DNA from: Oculatellaceae cyanobacterium bins.114
Lineage (GTDB): Bacteria > Cyanobacteriota > Cyanobacteriia > Elainellales > Elainellaceae
Assembly (NCBI GenBank): GCA_033764315.1
Contig: JANRJA010000240.1
Location: forward strand, 1-20,795
Length of the DNA stretch: 20,795 nt
Direction: 5' to 3'
Part shown: piece by piece, positions 14,963 to 20,795 of the stretch
Layout: every line of letters begins with the position of its first letter
Numbering within the stretch: position 1 is the stretch's first letter
Program-made: the position numbers and the translations under genes
The notes under the pieces: generated by a model
Seen by the model: the letters and a program-made list of their open reading frames with translations, nothing else
Told to the model about the DNA's origin: nothing
Database searches by the model: none

Positions 14963-17900
14963 ATGACAGAAGCACAAAGCCAGCCTCACGCCGAAGATCC
15001 GAGTATGAGCGGGTTAAAAATGGCAGATATCCTCATCCTGCCGCCGCCCTTACCGCGTCTAGTCAACTGGATGATTCGTCAAGATCAAGTCACCCTAGCT
15101 GAAGCAGCTGCCTATCTTAAACAAGAAGAAGCGACAACCATTGTTCACCTGCAAGCTCTGATTCAGCAACACTACATTAAAGAAATTAGAGCTGAGGGCA
15201 AAGTTTACTATCGGGTTCGGCTAGCGCATAAGTCCAGTCGTCAGATGCCCAAAGACGTCTGGAAGGTGCTAAACAGTCAAACGGATGCGGCTAATGTTTT
15301 TGTATCTTACTCTCGTCGCAATAAAGAGTTTGTCAAAAGCTTGCATCGGGCCTTGTCAAAACGGGGGCGTGAAGTCTGGGTCGATTGGGAAAGCATTCCC
15401 TCTGCCACCGATTGGTGGGCAGAAATTCAGACCGGAATTGAATTGGCAGATGCCTTTATCTTTGTGATCAGCCCTGAATCAGTTAAATCAGAGGTCTGTG
15501 GTCGAGAGATTGAGTGCGCCATTAAAAATAACAAGCGGTTGGTGCCCGTTGTTTGGAAAGAGGTCGATCCTTACTTGGTGCATCCTGAGCTAGCCAAGCT
15601 CAACTGGATCTTTTTGCGAGAGCAAGATGACTTTGATATAGGATTTCGCAAACTTCTCTCGGCTCTGGATGTTGATGTTGATTATGTGCGTCAACACACT
15701 CGCTTGTTAGTGCGGGCTAATGAGTGGAATGACAAACACCAGGATGATAGCTTTTTGCTGCGGGGCAGTGAATTGCAAGAGGCTCAGGATTGGTTGACTC
15801 ATGGGGCTGATAAAAACCCACAACCGATGCAACTACATCGAGATTACATCTGGGCATCTCGCAATGCTGAAACGAAGCGGCAGGAATCGGAGATTCATCG
15901 GCAGCGATCGCAACTCAAGTTGCAACAGATTTTGCTAGTCGTCGTGGCGGTGATGTCAGGAATCACCTTTGTGTTGGGGGTATGGTCATTTGTTCTTTAC
16001 CGCAGTGCTCAAGCCAGCCGACAAGAGGCTCAAGAGCAACAAATCTCAGCAGAACAAAAACAGGTGACAGCCCTGAGCAAAGCTTCAGAAGCTCTATTTT
16101 TGACCAGCCGTGAATTTGATGCCTTGCTAGAGGGGGTTCGGGCTGTTTCAGTGTTTCAACATCTGCTAATAGAACACCCACCTGAACCAACCACTCGACA
16201 GGTGCTTGAAACGCAAGCCTTGACCGCTTTGCAAGAAGCTATTTTTTGGGTACAAGAGCGCAATCGGTTTGTTGGGCACAATGGCATTGTCTGGGATGTC
16301 ACCGTCAGTTCTGATGGAAAATATGTTGCCTCGGTCAGTGCCGATCGCACTGTGCGTCTGTGGCAACTCGATGGCAAATCAACTAATATTCTCACGGGTC
16401 ACAAAGCCCAAATTTTTGCAGTTGCCTTTTCCCCCAATAGCAACCTGATTGCCTCTGCTAGTGAAGATGGCACCGTTAAACTGTGGCGTTTAGATGGCAG
16501 TCTAGTAACGACCCTCACCGGACACCGTGGCTCGGTGAATAGTGTTGCTTTTAACTCCGCAGGAGACGTCATCGCCACGGTTGGAGAAGATGGCACGCTT
16601 CGCCTGTGGGAATTAGATGGACGATTAATTCGGACGATTCAAGCCCATCGAGCGGTGATTTGGGATGTGCAGTTTAGCCCCGATGGTAAATTCATTGCGA
16701 CCGCAGGCGACGATGGCACAGCTAAGTTATGGCGATCGGATGGGAGTTTAGTGACAACCATGCGGGGGCACACCTCCCGCTTATCGAGCCTGAGCTTTAG
16801 CCCCGACAGTCAAACCCTTGCCACCGCCAGTTGGGATTACACCGCTCGCTTGTGGCGATTGGATGGCAGCTTGATTCGGATGATTCCTGCTCACAATGCC
16901 CCCATCTTTGATATCAGCTTTAGCCCCGATGGGCGCACCCTTGCCACCGCCAGCCTCGACAAAACTATTCGCATCTGGACGGTTAATGGAGCCTTGGTCA
17001 ACACGCTAAAAGGGCACAGTTCTCAGGTAAGAGGCTTAAGCTTTAGCCCCGATGGCAAACAACTGGTGTCTGCTAGTGGCGATCGCACGGTTAGGGTCTG
17101 GCAACTCAACCGCAATCACATCAACATTTTGCAAGGGCACCGTGCCCAGGCTTATGCGGCCACCTTTTCACCCAATGGTGAACAAATTGCCTCTAGCAGT
17201 GCTGATCATACGGTCAAAATCTGGAACCGCGATGGCACCCTCTTGAGAACCCTGACCGGGCACAAAGGACCCGTCTGGAATGTCAACTACAGCCCTGATG
17301 GACAAACGTTGATCTCCGCTAGCAGCGATCGCACCCTAAAACTGTGGAGTCAAGATGGTCGGTTGCTACATACCTTTGTTGGGCACACTGCCCCCGTTCG
17401 AGATGCTGTCTTTAGCCCTGACGGTCAACTGATCGCCTCTGTCAGTGAAGATAAAACAGTTCGCTTATGGCGATTGGATGGCACTCTGGTAAAAACCTTT
17501 ACTGGGCATTCCAGCGGCATTTTGAGCGTTAGCTTTAGCCCTGATGGGCAGACCATTGCCACTGGTAGTTGGGACAATACGATTAAATTATGGAATCTGG
17601 ATGGCACCATACAACACACCCTGACCGGGCACAGCGGATGGGTCTACAACGTCAGCTTTAGCCCTGACGGACAAACGATCGCCTCGGCTAGTTTTGATAA
17701 CACCGTCAAGCTCTGGGAACGTGATGGCACTCCCATTAGCACCTTGCAAAATCACACCGATGGAGTCGTTGACGTTAGCTTTAGCCCCGATGGGCAGACG
17801 ATTGCCACTGCCAGTTTTGATAACACGGTCAAGCTGTGGCGGCGTAGCGGCATTCTGATCACGACATTGCAAGGTCAAACAGGTGCCATTAACAGTGTTA

Positions 17901-18100
17901 ACTTTAGCTCTCGTGGCTCCTATCTGGTCAGTGCCAGTGACGATCGCACCTTGATCGTCTGGCATCTGGATGTGATTCAAAATATCGATCGATTAATGCA
18001 ACTCAGTTGTGACTGGCTCAAAGATTATTTAAGGAGCAACCCCACGGTTGAGGTTGACGTGCGTGAGGCGTGTTCTGCTGACCTGTCTCCTGCTCCCTAA
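14963..18100 (+). CDS. wHTH-like - TIR - single TM - 14x WD40 protein
   Basis: N-terminal helical/wing segment (VTLAEAAAYL...LQALIQQHYIKE...YYRVRL); TIR (VFVSYSRRN...VWVDWESI...FIFVISPESVKSEVCGREI); W...SFLLRGSELQEAQDW helix; TM ILLVVVAVMSGITFVLGVWSFVLY; 14 GH...FSPDG..IASAS.D.TVKLW repeats. Confidence 0.92.
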   Translation: MTEAQSQPHAEDPSMSGLKMADILILPPPLPRLVNWMIRQDQVTLAEAAAYLKQEEATTIVHLQALIQQHYIKEIRAEGKVYYRVRLAHKSSRQMPKDVWKVLNSQTDAANVFVSYSRRNKEFVKSLHRALSKRGREVWVDWESIPSATDWWAEIQTGIELADAFIFVISPESVKSEVCGREIECAIKNNKRLVPVVWKEVDPYLVHPELAKLNWIFLREQDDFDIGFRKLLSALDVDVDYVRQHTRLLVRANEWNDKHQDDSFLLRGSELQEAQDWLTHGADKNPQPMQLHRDYIWASRNAETKRQESEIHRQRSQLKLQQILLVVVAVMSGITFVLGVWSFVLYRSAQASRQEAQEQQISAEQKQVTALSKASEALFLTSREFDALLEGVRAVSVFQHLLIEHPPEPTTRQVLETQALTALQEAIFWVQERNRFVGHNGIVWDVTVSSDGKYVASVSADRTVRLWQLDGKSTNILTGHKAQIFAVAFSPNSNLIASASEDGTVKLWRLDGSLVTTLTGHRGSVNSVAFNSAGDVIATVGEDGTLRLWELDGRLIRTIQAHRAVIWDVQFSPDGKFIATAGDDGTAKLWRSDGSLVTTMRGHTSRLSSLSFSPDSQTLATASWDYTARLWRLDGSLIRMIPAHNAPIFDISFSPDGRTLATASLDKTIRIWTVNGALVNTLKGHSSQVRGLSFSPDGKQLVSASGDRTVRVWQLNRNHINILQGHRAQAYAATFSPNGEQIASSSADHTVKIWNRDGTLLRTLTGHKGPVWNVNYSPDGQTLISASSDRTLKLWSQDGRLLHTFVGHTAPVRDAVFSPDGQLIASVSEDKTVRLWRLDGTLVKTFTGHSSGILSVSFSPDGQTIATGSWDNTIKLWNLDGTIQHTLTGHSGWVYNVSFSPDGQTIASASFDNTVKLWERDGTPISTLQNHTDGVVDVSFSPDGQTIATASFDNTVKLWRRSGILITTLQGQTGAINSVNFSSRGSYLVSASDDRTLIVWHLDVIQNIDRLMQLSCDWLKDYLRSNPTVEVDVREACSADLSPAP

Positions 18101-18126
18101 GAAGTGCTCAAATCGCAATTACAGCC

Positions 18127-20694
18127 CTATTCGTGCAGGTAACGAGCACCCAAATGGTGGGCGATCGTCAAAAATAGGGTTTTGACCTTAAACGGTTTAG
18201 GCACGACATCATCACACCCCGCCTCTAAAATTTGCGATCGCTGCTCTTCAAAAACGCTGGCCGTCAGTGCCACAATCTTGGGGTTGGGGTGATGCGTCTC
18301 AGCAACCCACTGACGAATAGCACGGGTCGCCTCATAGCCATCCATCACAGGCATTTGCATGTCCATCAAAATCAGGTGTGGCAACCAGCGTTGATAGAGG
18401 GCGATCGCTTCTTGACCATTCGTGGCTTCCTCTACCTCAAACCCGACTTTAGATAAGAGGCGAGTCACCAACATGCGATTGGTAATCTGATCTTCAACCA
18501 CCAAAATTCGATAAGAGGGTTGTCCTGGTTGTAATCCCACGATCGGCCCGACCTCTTGTTGGGGTTGAGGGGGTTGGAGTTGAATCACCTGAACCGGAAT
18601 CCGAAACCAGAAGGTTGCACCCTGTTGCGTCGTACTTTGAACTGCCATTTCTCCCCCCATCAGTTCCACAAAACGACGACTGATGGCGAGTCCTAACCCA
18701 GTTCCCTGACCCGATTGTTGACCCACTGACGTTTGCACAAATGCCTCAAACAATTGCGACATCTCTGCTGTTGCAATTCCAGGGCCTGTATCTTCAACCT
18801 CAAACTCAATCACATCTGAAGTAGGGGGAGGAGATGTCTGATCGGATGTAAATCTGCTATCGGTCGATAATCTTTCTGCTCGCTTGACGCGCAAGGTGAC
18901 ACTGCCAAGGTCAGTAAATTTGACCGCATTACTTAAGAGGTTGACAAGAACTTGGCGCAGTTTTTTCTCATCTGCCTTGATGTAGTGAGGAATGTCAGAG
19001 GCTAGCTGAAGATGAAGTCGCAGATGTTTAGAAGCCGCTTTGAGTTGCAACATCTCGATGAGATTGTTTAACAACCCAAACAAATCAAACTCTATTTCTT
19101 CAAGAGTGACGCGACCTGCATCAATCTTAGCCATCTCCAACACATCGTTAATCAACTTGAGCAAATGTTCACCACTGCGCAAAATGATGCCCAAATATTG
19201 ACGCTGTTGGGCATTGAGACCCGGTTCAGAATCTAACATTTGCGTAAACCCCAAAACGGCATTCAGTGGAGTTCGCAATTCGTGGCTCATATTGGTCAAA
19301 AAAGCCCCTTTTGCCAGGTTAGCTGCCTCGGCTGCTTCTTTGGCCTGTTGTAGCTCTGACTCAATGCGTTTGCGATCGCTAATATCGCTAAAAGTACACA
19401 GCACCTGATGAACGTTGCCGTTGGTATCAAGTTGGGGATCGGCGTTGACCAATAACCAGATGCGATCGCCTTGTTGCGGGCGATAAACCCCCATCACCAC
19501 ATTGCGAACGGGTTGACGAGTGGCGATCGCTTGGGGCACAGGGTGACAAGATCCTGGAAATGGCAATCCGTTTTCGTGAATGACATTCCACTCTGGATCA
19601 AAGGATGTTCTTCCCAACAGTTGATCTTCCGTCAAACCTAGCAGGTCTAACGCTTTTGAGTTGCAAATTAAAATTTCAGCGTCAGGTCCTTGCAACAGCA
19701 CGCCAACTTGCAAATTTTTGACGAGCTTGCGAAATTGAGCCTCACTCGCTTGCAATGCTGCTGCAACTTGTTTACGACTGCTGATGTCGGCGATGAAGCC
19801 CACTGCTCGCATGCGATGGCCTGCCCGACTGGGTAAGAATTGGCTGCGATCTTCCACCCATACATAGGTTCCGTCTTTGCGCCGCAACCGATATTCGGCT
19901 CGAAAAGAGGCTCTGGCTGTAATCGTAGATTCGATCATAGAAGTTAATATAGAGCGATCGCTCGGATGCACCAGAGCTAACCAGTCCTGTAAATTGACTG
20001 GCATTTCAGTAACGGTATACCCTAAGATCGGCTCAGTATTTGGCCCCCAAGTATTATGATCGGCGTCTCCATCCCACTCATAGAGAATTTGTCCACTGGC
20101 TTGACCAGCCGCCTCATACCGACTTTGCCACTCCAGTAACTCAGCTAAATGCTGTCGCATCAAAGCTTCTGCCTGTTCGCGGTTGCCTATCTCTTGCTCT
20201 AACGCCTGAGAGCGATCGCAAACCTGCTGTTCTAACTCCGTGTTTGATGCCATCAAAGTCTGACATTGATGGTGCAGCAATCGGTTTTGCAGGTCTAATT
20301 TACGCCAGCGCAACTCATAAAGCAGCGTAGTCGCCAGCATCTCCTGACAGACCCAAAGCGACTGGGTTTGAGGCATATAAAAGGGTTGCCCCATGAAACG
20401 CATCGGCGTTTCAAACACTTCTAAACGGGTGTGAAGCAACAGCAAATTTGGCTCGTGAGGCAAGTGCTGCAGGTGCTCCAATATTTTTTTAAGATCGATG
20501 TCAGGGATGATCTGATCAGCTGTGATCAGGACAGCAGACTGAATTGGGTGCACAGAGCTTTGCAGCAGGATCAGCGCATTTTCGAGTCCTAAAGCAATTT
20601 TGACAATAAAGCCTTCATTTTTTTTGAGTTCATCTTTCAGGCTGTCTAACACAGCAAATTCGTCGTCCACACAAATAAGAATCAGCTCACCCAT
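18127..20694 (-). CDS. Hybrid sensor histidine kinase (degenerate REC - coiled coil - 2x PAS - HisKA - HATPase - REC)
   Basis: FLTNMSHELRTPLN, KLRQVLVNLLSNAVKFT, VEDTGPGI, GTGLGLAIS; C-terminal ILVVEDQ...ILMDMQMPVMDG...KPF; PAS motifs VHPSDR...EYRLRRKDG and RIWLLVNADP. Confidence 0.95.
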   Translation of the reverse strand: MGELILICVDDEFAVLDSLKDELKKNEGFIVKIALGLENALILLQSSVHPIQSAVLITADQIIPDIDLKKILEHLQHLPHEPNLLLLHTRLEVFETPMRFMGQPFYMPQTQSLWVCQEMLATTLLYELRWRKLDLQNRLLHHQCQTLMASNTELEQQVCDRSQALEQEIGNREQAEALMRQHLAELLEWQSRYEAAGQASGQILYEWDGDADHNTWGPNTEPILGYTVTEMPVNLQDWLALVHPSDRSILTSMIESTITARASFRAEYRLRRKDGTYVWVEDRSQFLPSRAGHRMRAVGFIADISSRKQVAAALQASEAQFRKLVKNLQVGVLLQGPDAEILICNSKALDLLGLTEDQLLGRTSFDPEWNVIHENGLPFPGSCHPVPQAIATRQPVRNVVMGVYRPQQGDRIWLLVNADPQLDTNGNVHQVLCTFSDISDRKRIESELQQAKEAAEAANLAKGAFLTNMSHELRTPLNAVLGFTQMLDSEPGLNAQQRQYLGIILRSGEHLLKLINDVLEMAKIDAGRVTLEEIEFDLFGLLNNLIEMLQLKAASKHLRLHLQLASDIPHYIKADEKKLRQVLVNLLSNAVKFTDLGSVTLRVKRAERLSTDSRFTSDQTSPPPTSDVIEFEVEDTGPGIATAEMSQLFEAFVQTSVGQQSGQGTGLGLAISRRFVELMGGEMAVQSTTQQGATFWFRIPVQVIQLQPPQPQQEVGPIVGLQPGQPSYRILVVEDQITNRMLVTRLLSKVGFEVEEATNGQEAIALYQRWLPHLILMDMQMPVMDGYEATRAIRQWVAETHHPNPKIVALTASVFEEQRSQILEAGCDDVVPKPFKVKTLFLTIAHHLGARYLHE

Positions 20695-20795
20695 ACTTTT
20701 TTTGGTCCTGACTGAGTTGCTTGAATTTGCTGTTCTATGGCTTATGGCTTCGTTAATGACGCTATATAATATAGCAATCCTAAATGGGTTGTGAG

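Noticed and set aside
9893..19865. Numerous 60-130 aa ORFs overlapping nnr, ALDH, WD40 and kinase genes
   Set aside because: Antisense or out-of-frame shadows of well-supported genes, with no recognisable motifs.
1..20795. HIP1 (GCGATCGC) abundance as a novel repeat; tRNA/rRNA genes
   Set aside because: HIP1 is a well-known genome-wide cyanobacterial feature; no structural RNA gene was recognisable.

Overview
Cyanobacterial chromosomal window (many HIP1 GCGATCGC octamers, STRR-type heptamer tracts, REP-like palindromes). Left to right: an IS200/RAYT-type HUH transposase bracketed by REP doublets; a 910-bp stack of DUF4258/DUF2283 toxin-antitoxin-type genes lying between the 3' end of a TIR-STAND(NB-ARC-like)-TPR gene and a diverged relic copy of that same 3' end; a ChaN-family gene; a three-gene LSDAT(SLOG/TRPM-like)-SLATT-SLATT operon; nnr (NAD(P)HX repair); a DUF6745 gene; aldehyde dehydrogenase plus PuuD-like hydrolase; a wHTH-TIR-TM-14xWD40 receptor-like gene; and a PAS hybrid histidine kinase. 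The best candidate for an uncharacterised system is the SLOG + two SLATT membrane proteins sitting between two TIR receptors (one NLR-like, one Toll-like in topology), a possible Thoeris-like NAD-derived signalling/defence circuit. Second is the TA cassette stack bounded by a duplicated NLR 3' end. All family assignments are by motif recognition, not database search.
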